NCBI GenBank assembly: GCA_036918135.1
Contig: JBALDB010000007.1
Coordinates: forward strand, 256,001 to 320,000
Origin: Nostoc sp.
GTDB taxonomy: Bacteria > Cyanobacteriota > Cyanobacteriia > Cyanobacteriales > Nostocaceae
DNA: 64,000 bases
Reading direction: 5' to 3'
Shown here: positions 40,709 through 51,048 of the stretch, one piece after another
How the letters are laid out: each line of letters starts with the position of its first letter
Numbering within the stretch: position 1 is the first letter of the stretch
Program-made: the position numbers and the translations under genes
The notes under the pieces: generated by a model
Database searches by the model: none
Told to the model about the DNA's origin: nothing
What the model saw: the letters and a program-made list of their open reading frames with translations, nothing else

Positions 40709-42922
40709 ATGACTGCAATCACCCCGAAGGCTTCTTCAGCGCTTGCCAATTTTTCTGAAGGAATTCAATATTTTGGTGAAGCACTACCAGATTTTGAAAC
40801 TTATGGTGCAACACCTGCTATAGAATCCGGCAATGTAGCGATCGCATCTCCCACAGATCCGACAGCAGCATATCAAACTTTACTGGCTGCCGATGCCCTA
40901 CGCTATCTAACTTTGCAAGTTACTGCTAGCAAAGCCTCTGGGCATCCCGGCGGATTTGCTAGCCAAGCAGAAGCTTATGCATCTCTTGTCATGCTGGGAT
41001 ACAAGAACATTATCACGGAAGTCGGACACCACGCCCCCGGATTTTATAGCGCCATGTTCTTGGATCGTTCGCTAGAGGACATGGGAATTTTTACAGTCCA
41101 ACAGTTGCGCGATCGCTTTCGAGAAAAGCACGGACTTTTAGGACACCTTTCTGGTTACATACCTGGTATTCTCGCACCTGCGGGGCCTTTGGGACAAGGG
41201 CAACACTTTGCAATGGCGGCTGCAAAACTGCACCTCGATAAGTTATTTCCCTTCACAGTTGGCGATGGTGGATTGGGCGAACCTTATATTGTAAGTGCGA
41301 TCGCACATTTCCATACTGCTTATCCTGCTGTCACCAATTTCTTGCCGATACTGGTATGGAATGGTTATAGCCAAGAACACCACAGCATGGTTTCCCTGAA
41401 AACCAACCCAGAAATGCAAGCATATTGGCAAGGTAACGGTTTTGATGAAATCGTATTAGTGGATGCTAAGGATTTCGACGATAAAAACCAACCAGGGGAT
41501 TACGTTGATAGTACTGCCTTTTCCTTTGAAAAGCGCCTAGAATTTACCCAAGCAGTACTTTCGGGTGTAGATAAAGCAGCGCGATCGGCACTGGATGGCA
41601 AGCTGACTGTTTTTATTATTAAACAACTTAAAGGTGCAGGAGTCCACGCGCGGGGTGCAAAATCTCACAATCTTTATCCCAAAGATACGCTAAATGCGCC
41701 GCATATTGTAAGTGCATTGCAAACTCGTGCTTTATCTGCCGAGGCTTGGCAATTAGTCAGAACAAACGCCGAACGTGCAGGCGGTGGCCCCGCAGCCAAA
41801 ACAGTGGTAACAGAATTTGAATTTTCATTACCAGATTTAGGCGAATTACCTTTAGAAGAATACGCAGTAGGTGGCGAACATAAAGTTTCTACAACCGCAA
41901 TGGGACGATTGGTAGGAATAGTTGGACAGAAAGACAAAAATTTTCTCGTCACCAACGCCGATGGCAACGAAGCATCGGGAATTGCTAATATCAACCAAGC
42001 ATTAAAAATTATCCACCCCACAACCGACGATGTATATAACCAAGCACCAAACGGGCAAGTTTACGAACCTTTGAGCGAAGATGCTTGTGCGGGTTTAGCA
42101 GCTGGTTTGTCCTTAATGGGTGCGAGAACTTTGTGGTGTTCTTACGAATCTTTTGCCATCAACGGATTACCAATTTGGCAAACTGTAATCCAAGCAATGG
42201 CAGAATTGCGGCGTCCAACTCCCTCGACTATTACTTTATTCACAGCTGGTGCATTAGAGCAAGGGCGTAACGGTTGGACTCACCAACGTCCAGAAATTGA
42301 AGCTTACTTTGCTTCATTAATGCGAAATGGAAATGTTTTCCCATTATTTCCTCCCGATGCTAACAGTATCCAAGTTTGTTATGACTGGGCATTGCAAACT
42401 AAAAATAAGGGAATTGTGATTACTGCAAGTAAATCGCCATTGCCAATTCGCACCACTTTAGAACAAAGTCGCCAAGGGTTAGAAGATGGTGCGGTGGTAT
42501 TACATGAAGTCGCTGGAGATCAACAAGTTGTATTTGCTGTGATTGGCGATATGACATTAATGCCAGTATTTGAGGCGGCTGCTTTCTTAGAAAATGAAGG
42601 TATCGGTGCGAAGATAGTTTCTGTGATTAACCCCAGACGTTTATATCGTCCTCATGATACTGCTTGGGATACCTGTTCTCAACCGGATGGTGATTTCTTA
42701 GATGATGCGAAATTTGCCCAATTATTTGATGGCGATGCATTAATTGGCGTCACAGGTGGTGCAGGGGCGATGCTAGAGCCGATTTTGTTACGCAGTAAAG
42801 CCAACCGCGATACTTTTTGCTGGAAACGTGGCGAAACTACAGCCAGTGCAGGAGAGTTGATGGCGTTTAATGGATTGACTGCTGAGGCGCTGACAAAAAG
42901 AGCGATCGCGTTAGTGCATTAA
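40709..42922 (+). CDS. phosphoketolase (ThDP-dependent)
   Basis: GHPGG, GHHAPG, GDGG..N ThDP motif, LSEDACAG, SYESFA, NGWTHQRP. Confidence 0.85.
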   Translation: MTAITPKASSALANFSEGIQYFGEALPDFETYGATPAIESGNVAIASPTDPTAAYQTLLAADALRYLTLQVTASKASGHPGGFASQAEAYASLVMLGYKNIITEVGHHAPGFYSAMFLDRSLEDMGIFTVQQLRDRFREKHGLLGHLSGYIPGILAPAGPLGQGQHFAMAAAKLHLDKLFPFTVGDGGLGEPYIVSAIAHFHTAYPAVTNFLPILVWNGYSQEHHSMVSLKTNPEMQAYWQGNGFDEIVLVDAKDFDDKNQPGDYVDSTAFSFEKRLEFTQAVLSGVDKAARSALDGKLTVFIIKQLKGAGVHARGAKSHNLYPKDTLNAPHIVSALQTRALSAEAWQLVRTNAERAGGGPAAKTVVTEFEFSLPDLGELPLEEYAVGGEHKVSTTAMGRLVGIVGQKDKNFLVTNADGNEASGIANINQALKIIHPTTDDVYNQAPNGQVYEPLSEDACAGLAAGLSLMGARTLWCSYESFAINGLPIWQTVIQAMAELRRPTPSTITLFTAGALEQGRNGWTHQRPEIEAYFASLMRNGNVFPLFPPDANSIQVCYDWALQTKNKGIVITASKSPLPIRTTLEQSRQGLEDGAVVLHEVAGDQQVVFAVIGDMTLMPVFEAAAFLENEGIGAKIVSVINPRRLYRPHDTAWDTCSQPDGDFLDDAKFAQLFDGDALIGVTGGAGAMLEPILLRSKANRDTFCWKRGETTASAGELMAFNGLTAEALTKRAIALVH

Positions 42923-43090
42923 AACTGCGATCGTCTTTCATTTTACCGCGAATATACGTATAGGAACGCTGAAAAGTTGCGGTACGTATATTTGCGTTTT
43001 ATTATGAAAACTTCTAAGCTCGACTTTGAGATTAGTTCATAAAATAAATGTGGTTAGATCTGCTGAAATTCTTTAAGAATAACAGGTTTC

Positions 43091-43190
43091 CATGTCGCAA
43101 AAGCTGTTATTCAAGTTGCAAAAGCGGCTATTCATGTCACAAAAGCTGTTATTCAAGTTACAAAAGCTGCTATTCAAGTCATAAAAGCTA
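43091..43190. repeat. 21-bp tandem repeat, about 4.8 copies
   Basis: ca(t/a)gt(c/t)(g/a)caaaagc(t/g)g(t/c)tatt units with no spacers. Confidence 0.85.
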
Positions 43191-43291
43191 GTTTATGAGT
43201 TCAAAACTTGATTTATATCATGTTTACCTAAAGTGGTAAAAATATACTATAAGTTAAATCTTCAATATCTTACTCTACCTCAAATGCAATC

Positions 43292-43843
43292 ATGACTACA
43301 GATGCAGAATATCAAACAAGAATTATCACCTATGAATGGGATGATTTAATGATATTATGGGCAGAAATTAAAGCAAAAAATACTTCAAATTTTTGGGATC
43401 GAGGTAAAGCATTAGAATATTTAGTTTTACGCGCTTTCCAACTTGATGGTGCTGAGGTAGCTTGGCCTTATACTGTAAAAATTAAAGATACAATAGTAGA
43501 ACAAATTGACGGAGTGGTATATACAGACAGCCTAGCCTGTTTAATCGAATCTAAGGATGAAACTAAAGAAGTTAATATTGAACCTATAGCAAAGTTACGA
43601 AATCAACTACTACGAAGACCAGCCACAACTATTGGTAGTGTGTTTAGTCGGAGTGGATTTACAGAAGCAGCAGTAACATTAACTGGATTTGTAGCACCTC
43701 AAACTATTTTATTATGGGGAGGAAAAGAAATTGAATATTTATTAATAAATAAATGTATATGTAAATTTCTAGTTAAAAAATATCGTATTTTTGTTCAAAA
43801 TTGTATCCCTAATTACGACATTACAACGGAGATTTTTCCATGA
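43292..43843 (+). CDS. Mrr-like restriction endonuclease-fold protein
   Basis: RGKALE..EQIDG..LIESK..SRSGFTEAA motifs. Confidence 0.8.
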   Translation: MTTDAEYQTRIITYEWDDLMILWAEIKAKNTSNFWDRGKALEYLVLRAFQLDGAEVAWPYTVKIKDTIVEQIDGVVYTDSLACLIESKDETKEVNIEPIAKLRNQLLRRPATTIGSVFSRSGFTEAAVTLTGFVAPQTILLWGGKEIEYLLINKCICKFLVKKYRIFVQNCIPNYDITTEIFP

Positions 43844-44391
43844 CACTAGCATATATGATTACAGAAGGTGATACAGATATAGAAATTTTCCAGAAATTAC
43901 TGCCGAAAAATCTGAGTCAAGATATCCAATTTATAGCAGGTGAAGGTTCTTACAGAGCGCGTTCTTTAGCTAGTTCACTGCTTGCTACTCGGAAAAAACC
44001 TGTTGCTCTTGTTTTAGATGCAGATACAGATAACAAATCTCAAATATCTGAAAAACATGATTTAATTAATTATGTACTAAATCAGGCATCATCTGGAATT
44101 ACTTATCAAGTTTTTATAGCAGTTCCTGAATTGGAAATTGTATTTTTAGAAGATAAATTATTAATTGAGAAAATAGCAAAACGCCAATTCAATGATTTAG
44201 AATGGCAGTTAGCTCAAAGAAATCCTAAAGATTTTTTAAAGACAGTATTCGGAAATAATAAGCAAATAAATTCAAGAATATTTAAAAATATAAATGAAAA
44301 AGAAATTAATATATTACAACAACATCCATTAATACAAGAAATTATTAATTTCTTATTATCGCTGATTCCGTCTTCTATTTCCATGACATAA
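43840..44391 (+). CDS. TOPRIM-like (DUF4276-like) protein
   Basis: ITEGDTD..VLDAD..AVPELE; ATGA overlap with the upstream gene. Confidence 0.6.
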   Translation: MTLAYMITEGDTDIEIFQKLLPKNLSQDIQFIAGEGSYRARSLASSLLATRKKPVALVLDADTDNKSQISEKHDLINYVLNQASSGITYQVFIAVPELEIVFLEDKLLIEKIAKRQFNDLEWQLAQRNPKDFLKTVFGNNKQINSRIFKNINEKEINILQQHPLIQEIINFLLSLIPSSISMT

Positions 44392-44442
44392 AATGGCAAA
44401 AACTGCCATAATGTAGAAAAATAGATTTAGGAAATAAGCCTT

Positions 44443-44706
44443 GTGAAAAGTATAAATATTTCCTTACCTGACACTATGCGAGCTTATGTAGAAGAACAGG
44501 TAGCTCAAGGTGGTTACAGTAGTGTCAGCGAATATTTTCGTGAATTAGTGCGACAACATCAAAAACAGAGAGCTAGAGAACGTCTTGAAACAATGCTTCT
44601 GGAAAGATTAAACTCTGGAAATACAACAGAAATGACTGTTCAAGATTAGGAAAATATCCGTTAAACAATCCGGGAAAGAATTAACAAACATCAAGGTACA
44701 GTTTAG
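44443..44706 (+). pseudogene. parD: ParD-type ribbon-helix-helix antitoxin, nonsense-truncated
   Basis: INISLPDTMRAYVEEQVAQGGYSSVSEYFRELVR; TAG at 44647 falls where W of DWENIR is expected; a second stop follows. Confidence 0.7.
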
Positions 44707-44709
44707 CCG

Positions 44710-44860
44710 TGATGTTTGAAGTAAAAAAAGACCTTAAGTTATCCCTAACTTAAAAGACTTAGCAACGTACATAACATAGGATAACTTAGATGTTTGAGAC
44801 CGCTTTTTAACAGCAGCCAAAGTAACATTTAAACAATTAGCAAAAACCCCGGCTAAAAGC
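44710..44860 (+). pseudogene. parE: ParE/RelE toxin remnant
   Basis: Frameshifted, stop-riddled MFEVKK..DLATYIT*DNLDV*DRFLTAAKVTFKQLAKTP; 3' half not recognisable. Confidence 0.65.
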
Positions 44861-45029
44861 TTAGAACTATAATTTATTCTACAAATTATCACTTTTTTAG
44901 TTTGCAACCTTTGAAAATTAAGAAAATCCATGCACTTAAAAAGAAATTATTTATAATCTATATTCAAGTCTGATTGTAAGCGATCGCCCAATAACCAACT
45001 ATCATATACTTAAGATTTCATACAAGGAT

Positions 45030-45623
45030 ATGATTCCACAAACTCTAGACAAAATCACTACCATCGAAGAACAGCGGTTTCTCTTACCTGGTCATTATAC
45101 TTGGGAAGAATTTGAGAAACTTGAAGCCTTAATAGTAGATGCGCCAGGTTTGCGGATAACTTATCTTGATGGGTGTGTGGAATTAATGACTCTTGGCGAA
45201 CAACATGAAATTATAAAAAAAGTAATTGCTATATTGCTGGAAGCTTATCTATTTGAATATAGTATAAATTTTATTCCTATAGGCAGTGCTACTCGTCGGG
45301 CTAAAGAAAAGGGTGCTTCATTTGAACCTGATGAATCTTATTATTTAGGGGAAAAGAAAGAAAATCCTGATTTGGCAATTGAAGTCAATATTACTAGTGG
45401 CAGTATAGATAAACTAGAAAAGTATAGGCGGTTTAAAATTACTGAAGTCTGGTTTTGGGAAAATAATCAGATATCTGTATATCACCTAACTAATGATAAC
45501 TATGAGCAAATTTCTCAAAGCCAATTACTACCAAATTTAGATATAAATTTATTAATACGTTGTGTTTTAATGCCCTCGATAATCGAAGCTAGAACAGAGT
45601 TGCTCAAAGGAATTCGGCAGTAA
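45030..45623 (+). CDS. Uma2 family endonuclease-fold protein
   Basis: FEPDESYY..PDLAIEV..KLEKY..ITEVWFW. Confidence 0.9.
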   Translation: MIPQTLDKITTIEEQRFLLPGHYTWEEFEKLEALIVDAPGLRITYLDGCVELMTLGEQHEIIKKVIAILLEAYLFEYSINFIPIGSATRRAKEKGASFEPDESYYLGEKKENPDLAIEVNITSGSIDKLEKYRRFKITEVWFWENNQISVYHLTNDNYEQISQSQLLPNLDINLLIRCVLMPSIIEARTELLKGIRQ

Positions 45624-45687
45624 TATTTTCAGGTAAATATTGAGGAATTAGCGATTCAGCTTAAAACGTTAGCTTTTCCCATTTTTC

Positions 45688-46476
45688 TTATGACTCAGAT
45701 GTTGAGATTAATTGCTCAATCACCGACCTATCTAAGCTTGTGACCGTCGCCACCTGTTCTGTTGTCATCCCACCCGCCAGTAAGTTGCGTGCTGTTTGTA
45801 ATAACTGCAACTCTGCTTTGTCCGCTCGCTGACGTTCTTGTTCTGCTCGCTGGTTTTCGTATTCTTCGGGTGTTGGTAGTAATTCTCCCTCCAAAGTCGC
45901 CCAGCGTAACCAAGTAGCATCAATTCCTTTATAATTCCCTTGCCAACGCTGCAAGGCTAAGCCTAAAGATTCACTCACCAATTGATTGCGATCGCTGACA
46001 GCTAAAGGTTGGTAAACTCTCTGTTGGATAGAAAAACCCGCCCAATCATCCGGGTTAAACGGGTCGTACCAAAAATATTCTGGCACGCGCATTTGATTTT
46101 GATAAATCAGCTTTTTCTCGTTTTTGTCTGCGGCGGTTGTACTTTCACTAAGCAACTCAATCACAACATCCGGTGCTTTTTCTTCCTCCCAAACCACCCA
46201 ACTTTTGCGTTCGCCTTTCGGGACACCCAACACTACAAAAAAGTCTGGGCCTTTAAAGTCTTTATTTCGCACCTGCGCCAGACTGTAATAGACAAACATA
46301 TTACCGCCAACAAACCCATCTTCTCGCTGTGACAACCAAGGGATTAAGCCATCTATCAGCAAGTCCATAGCGGCTTTATGCCGTGCGCTTTCCATTGGCA
46401 CACCATCATCATAGGGGAGTTCTGTTTGGCTGGGTGGAATTTCAATCAGGGGTGCAGGTAGGATGGTTTCTGACAT
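45688..46476 (-). CDS. Uma2 family endonuclease-fold protein
   Basis: GPDFFVV..PDVVIELLS..VPEYFWYDP; AEQERQRA tail. Confidence 0.9.
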   Translation of the reverse strand: MSETILPAPLIEIPPSQTELPYDDGVPMESARHKAAMDLLIDGLIPWLSQREDGFVGGNMFVYYSLAQVRNKDFKGPDFFVVLGVPKGERKSWVVWEEEKAPDVVIELLSESTTAADKNEKKLIYQNQMRVPEYFWYDPFNPDDWAGFSIQQRVYQPLAVSDRNQLVSESLGLALQRWQGNYKGIDATWLRWATLEGELLPTPEEYENQRAEQERQRADKAELQLLQTARNLLAGGMTTEQVATVTSLDRSVIEQLISTSES

Positions 46477-46639
46477 AGCTGTTCACAGGGTAGCTCGCAG
46501 CGAATATGTCTATGGTACTAGAAACAATCGACAAGTTAGCGATCGCCCAATTTCTCTTTTAGTAATCAAATGTATTTGTATACTGTAAAATTAAACAATT
46601 AGTTAGGCAAACTTCCGCTACAGTCTACTAGCTATGGCA

Positions 46640-48022
46640 TCAAACTAAAGGCAACATAATTTCAAATTTAGTCCCCATACCTGGTTGAGAAGATAAATTT
46701 AATTTTCCGCCGTGTTTCACAGTTATAATTCGATAACTTACTGCTAAGCTAGTTTCTTTACCATTTTTTGTTTCTAATGAAAAAGACTCTAGAATTTGCT
46801 GTTGTAATTCTTGAGACATTCCAGGGCCGTTGTCAGCAATGCGAATTAATATCCAGCGAGAATCTGGTGCATTTGGTTTGCTTGGTTTCTGTGAAATAAC
46901 TTCTGTAGTAATCTCAATTTTGGGTTTTTGAATAGTCTTTATATCTTCTAGATGCAACTGCTGTCTCACTGCTTCATTGAGTAAAGTATCCACCGCTTCG
47001 CTTAAAATATTGATTAAAACTTGGTTTAACTGCCCTATAAAGCAATATACTGGCGGCAATTGTCCGTAAAATTTGACGATTTCAATTTCTCCTTGAATCC
47101 GGCTATTAATTAATAAAATAAGATTATCTATACAGGCATGTAAATCTATAGGTTTCGGATAAAGTTCATCGAGATGACAAAAATTTTGTAAACTGGTAAC
47201 AAGTTTTTTTAATCTTTCTGCTCCAGTGCGGATACTAGCAAGTGCTTGTAATAAATCTTCTTCTAAAAAATCAAATTCAATCTCTTCTTTAATTTGACTA
47301 ATTGTCTGGGAAGCTGAAGGTAACTCTTTATCGTAAGCCGCTATTAATTTAAGTAAGTCTTGGCTGTAATTTGAGACATAAGTTATGTTACCCCAAATAA
47401 AACCCACAGGGTCTAAAATTTCATGTACTACCCCATCTACCAAACGCCCCAGATTCGCCATTTTATCGTTTTGAATCATTTGGGCTTGGCTGCGTTCGTA
47501 TCGCACGAAATTTTTGATTCCACGAATTTGCCAAGAAATAAAATTTAATTCCTGCACATCTAATATTTTGTAAGCACCGCAAACAGTTTGCACTACAATT
47601 GGTTCTGCTAACAATTCTGGCGATCGCTTTAAACTAAGTTGCATCGCACTTAAAATCAATGTCGTATCAGCAAGCAGCAAAATCGGTGTCCGTGCATAGC
47701 CGTAAAGAAGGCCTAATGGTTGCTGAACAAATAATTCTTGTCCATAAGGGCGAATCAAAAATTCTAATAGTCGCTGCCGCGAAATCATTCCCACAAACTT
47801 TCCCTGTTCTACCAAAATTACTCCTGGTAACAGCGGATGTTTTTCCAAAAAACTAGCTACTTCCATCCCAGTGCAGCTAATTTCCACCGAGAAGTTGTAC
47901 ATTGGTAGTTCTTGGAGGGTTGAATCTAAACTCAGATCGCGATCGCTACCCTCAGACAAAAATGGCGGTGAGATTTGACAACTGAATTCTTCTGGCACTA
48001 GACACCCTAATTTTGACGACAC
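46640..48022 (-). CDS. CBS-domain sensor histidine kinase-like protein with atypical H and N boxes
   Basis: N-terminal CBS-like region; VHEILDP, NILSEA, IADNGPG; real start may be GTG 47998. Confidence 0.8.
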   Translation of the reverse strand: MSSKLGCLVPEEFSCQISPPFLSEGSDRDLSLDSTLQELPMYNFSVEISCTGMEVASFLEKHPLLPGVILVEQGKFVGMISRQRLLEFLIRPYGQELFVQQPLGLLYGYARTPILLLADTTLILSAMQLSLKRSPELLAEPIVVQTVCGAYKILDVQELNFISWQIRGIKNFVRYERSQAQMIQNDKMANLGRLVDGVVHEILDPVGFIWGNITYVSNYSQDLLKLIAAYDKELPSASQTISQIKEEIEFDFLEEDLLQALASIRTGAERLKKLVTSLQNFCHLDELYPKPIDLHACIDNLILLINSRIQGEIEIVKFYGQLPPVYCFIGQLNQVLINILSEAVDTLLNEAVRQQLHLEDIKTIQKPKIEITTEVISQKPSKPNAPDSRWILIRIADNGPGMSQELQQQILESFSLETKNGKETSLAVSYRIITVKHGGKLNLSSQPGMGTKFEIMLPLV

Positions 48023-48192
48023 AAGTCAACAATAAGCTAATATCTTAGCCTCTGTCATTAATCAAAAGGGAGTAGGCAGTAGGGAATCAGCCTCTTCGAG
48101 TTGAATGGAAGTTTTTTGTTGCAATCAAATAGGAGTTCTAATAGTTGCCAACAAGACAAATTTTTCTAAAAATCAGCTTTGTTTGCGTAATG

Positions 48193-48296
48193 ATACCATT
48201 GACAAAAATCTTTGCAACAAATAAATCGGCTGTAGATGCGTATGGCTGTACGCCCCTACCCATACTATCTGTCACATTCTTATTTCAATTGGTATA
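48193..48296. mobile_element. MITE-like element with ataccatt...aattggtata ends
   Basis: Imperfect terminal inverted repeats around a gtagatgcgtatggctgtacgcccctac palindrome. Confidence 0.6.
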
Positions 48297-49000
48297 ACAA
48301 TGAACCATAAGTAAAACAGGAAGTGTGGGAGCAGACTTTTCACAGCAAGTTCTAAAACCTCTGTCACCACAGGGGGTGGCTGAGTAGGTGTAGGGAAAAG
48401 AAGAAAGCCTTACTACACCCCATACTCTCCACTCTCCCATTTTTGGTATCTGCTAAACTTTGCTCTTGCATTTTTAAAGTTTTTGTAGTAGAACAACCAA
48501 AGCTCAAATCACATTTTGGTAAAACTAGCCATAGCTATTGGTCATTGGTTATTGGTCATTAGTCATTAGTTACAACCAACAAAGGACAAATCACCAAGAA
48601 CGACTGACAAAGGATAGACGATTAAGAGCGATCCCCAAATGTTGAATAACTGTAAATCCTTAATGAAAATATAGCTTAGCTAATATCTGATTTCGGGAAA
48701 TTACTGTAAGTATGAACATAGGGAAAATTAAAATCATCTATGCAGCTACTTGCTCCCTGTAATCGGAACAATTTCTGAACTTAGACAATCTTATGAATGG
48801 TCATCGTCAGTAAATGCACTCAGGTAAATATCAGTATCTCCTTGAAATATAAGGCTTGTAGCGTTTAAGGGCTAGTTAAAACCGGATGACAATTTGTCAT
48901 CCAAACAAACTTTAATTTCCCGAATTGCTTTTGATCCCCATTTCGATAGAATGACTAGGCAGAATCCTAAAACTCAAAACCGCTTTTGACAGCGACGCCC

Positions 49001-50053
49001 ATGAATCAACTCAACAATGGTTTTACGCTATTTCTAAGTCTGCTAGTCGAGGCGATGCCTTTTTTGCTTCTTGGGGTTTTATTCTCCAGTTTGCTGCTGT
49101 TTTTCGTTGATGAGCGCAAATTGGTAGAAAAAATGCCCAAAAATCCGCTGTTGGGTGCTTTAGTTGGCAGTGCGATCGGCTTTTTATTTCCGGTGTGTGA
49201 GTGCGGGAATGTACCAGTAGCGCGGCGGTTCCTAATTCAAGGAGTACCCACACCAGTAGCAATTGGTTTTTTGCTAGCAGCACCAACAATTAACCCAGTT
49301 GTAATTTGGGCAACTTGGACAGCGTTTCGCGATCAGCCAGAAATAGTAGTATTACGGGTTGTATTTTCCCTATTGATTGCCACAATTGTTGGCTTTGTTT
49401 TCAGTTTTCAAAAGGACTTAAATCCTATAATCCAACCTGCGATCGCTCGGTATATGAAGTTTAATCCTCCCGCGCCGCCTGAAACCAAACGGCGTGGTAA
49501 AGGTTATCAAGTAGAACAGTCAGCAGCAGTACCGAATATCTTGCAATCAGGGACTTATATTTTAGGAGGAAAAGCAGGTTTCCCAATGCGGATAGATGCG
49601 AATTTAATACCGCCGACTATCATCTCTACTCCAAGTAAACCCCTTGCAGATAAATTGCGTCTAGTGGTAGATAACAGCATTCAAGAATTGCGGGAACTAG
49701 GCGGAGTCATGGTTTTAGGAAGTGCGATCGCCGCAGCTATTCAAGTCCTAGCGCCGCGTGAATTAATTCTCAGTTTGGGTGCTGGGCCAATTAGTTCAAT
49801 TGTAGTCATGCTGATATTAGCAGCAGTCGTGTCAATTTGTTCTACAGTTGATTCTTTCTTTGCCCTGTCTTTTGCTTCGACTTTTAGCAGTGGTTCATTA
49901 TTGGCATTTCTCGTATTTGGCCCCATGATTGACATCAAAGGTGTTGGTTTGATGTTATCAATTTTTAAGCCCAAAGCAGTCTTTTACTTATTTGCCTTAG
50001 CAGCACAATTAACATTTGTGTTGACCCTTTTCCTCAACTTACACGTATTTTAA
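49001..50053 (+). CDS. DUF318/ArsP-family permease
   Basis: FPVCECGNVP, FLLAAPTINP, SICSTVD, FGPMIDIK; ATG at 49001. Confidence 0.9.
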   Translation: MNQLNNGFTLFLSLLVEAMPFLLLGVLFSSLLLFFVDERKLVEKMPKNPLLGALVGSAIGFLFPVCECGNVPVARRFLIQGVPTPVAIGFLLAAPTINPVVIWATWTAFRDQPEIVVLRVVFSLLIATIVGFVFSFQKDLNPIIQPAIARYMKFNPPAPPETKRRGKGYQVEQSAAVPNILQSGTYILGGKAGFPMRIDANLIPPTIISTPSKPLADKLRLVVDNSIQELRELGGVMVLGSAIAAAIQVLAPRELILSLGAGPISSIVVMLILAAVVSICSTVDSFFALSFASTFSSGSLLAFLVFGPMIDIKGVGLMLSIFKPKAVFYLFALAAQLTFVLTLFLNLHVF

Positions 50054-50110
50054 ATATTCTTTGTTATTAGTCATTTGTCCGTTATCTTTTGTTCTTTATT
50101 GTTTGTAATC

Positions 50111-50169
50111 AATGACCAATGACTAATGACTAATGACCAATGACTAATGACTAATGATCAATGACCAAT
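50111..50169 (+). repeat. STRR heptamer array (aatgact/aatgacc) running into the start codon
   Basis: Eight aatgac(c/t)-type units; the last supplies ATG 50161. Confidence 0.85.
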
Positions 50170-50934
50170 AAAAATCCCAAACCTCAAATCCTACATCTCT
50201 TACTCCCTTGGCTGGATGCTCTGGCGATTACAGCTTGGGGCATTTTGATGTTGAGATATTGGCTAACTAACAAGCTGAACCTGTTGATTCACCCAAATTA
50301 CATTTGGTTTGTAGTTGTGACTGGTATCAGTTTGATAATTTTTGGTTTCTTCAAAATGCTGGAACTTTGGCACCGGCGTCGTCGTGATGTCATACCAAAC
50401 ACCCAGCATATTAGTTTATTTCCTCCTGGTTGGGGTAGTGCCTTGTTGTTGATTACAGCAATTTTGGGTTTCATCTTTACACCCCAAGTTTTTGCTAGTG
50501 ACAATGCACTGCAAAGAGGTGTGACGGCAGATTTACTGGGAACCACACGCGTTAAACCCCAAGCCTTTCGGGCAACTGTACGTCCAGAGGAGCGATCGCT
50601 TGTAGAGTGGGTACGCACCCTAAATGTTTATCCAGAACCCGATACATATACAGGACAAAAAGTCAAGGTACAGGGATTTGTCATCCACCCGCCAGATTTG
50701 GGAAAAGAATATTTGTTCTTAGCACGATTTGTCTTAACTTGCTGTGCAGCAGACGCTTATCCTGTAGGATTACCTGTAAAACTTCCAAATAATCAACAGG
50801 CTTACTCTGCTGATACCTGGTTGGAAGTAGAAGGACAAATGGTAACAGCAAATTTGTCAGGAAAACGTCAACTTACGATTGCTGCTAATTCTCTGAAAAA
50901 GATTCCTCAACCACAGAATCCTTATAGTTATTAG
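50161..50934 (+). CDS. TIGR03943/DUF1980 putative permease subunit
   Basis: LLIHP, RFVLTCCAADA, DTWLEVEG. Confidence 0.9.
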   Translation: MTNKNPKPQILHLLLPWLDALAITAWGILMLRYWLTNKLNLLIHPNYIWFVVVTGISLIIFGFFKMLELWHRRRRDVIPNTQHISLFPPGWGSALLLITAILGFIFTPQVFASDNALQRGVTADLLGTTRVKPQAFRATVRPEERSLVEWVRTLNVYPEPDTYTGQKVKVQGFVIHPPDLGKEYLFLARFVLTCCAADAYPVGLPVKLPNNQQAYSADTWLEVEGQMVTANLSGKRQLTIAANSLKKIPQPQNPYSY

Positions 50935-50948
50935 TCATTTGTGATTAA

Positions 50949-51001
50949 TCCTCTCTTACAAAGTTCTGTTCGGAGGAAACCTCCGCTCAGACTTTGCGCT
51001 T
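50949..51001. repeat. ~50-bp hairpin element inserted in an STRR array (copy 1)
   Basis: caaagttctg-tt-cggagg-aaa-cctccg-ct-cagactttg; second copy at 58846. Confidence 0.75.
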
Positions 51002-51048
51002 TGTCATTTGTCATTTGCTAATGCTCTATGCTCCATGCTCAATAACCA

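Noticed and set aside
43091..43190. Possible CRISPR array
   Set aside because: Units are contiguous with no unique spacers, and no cas genes are present.
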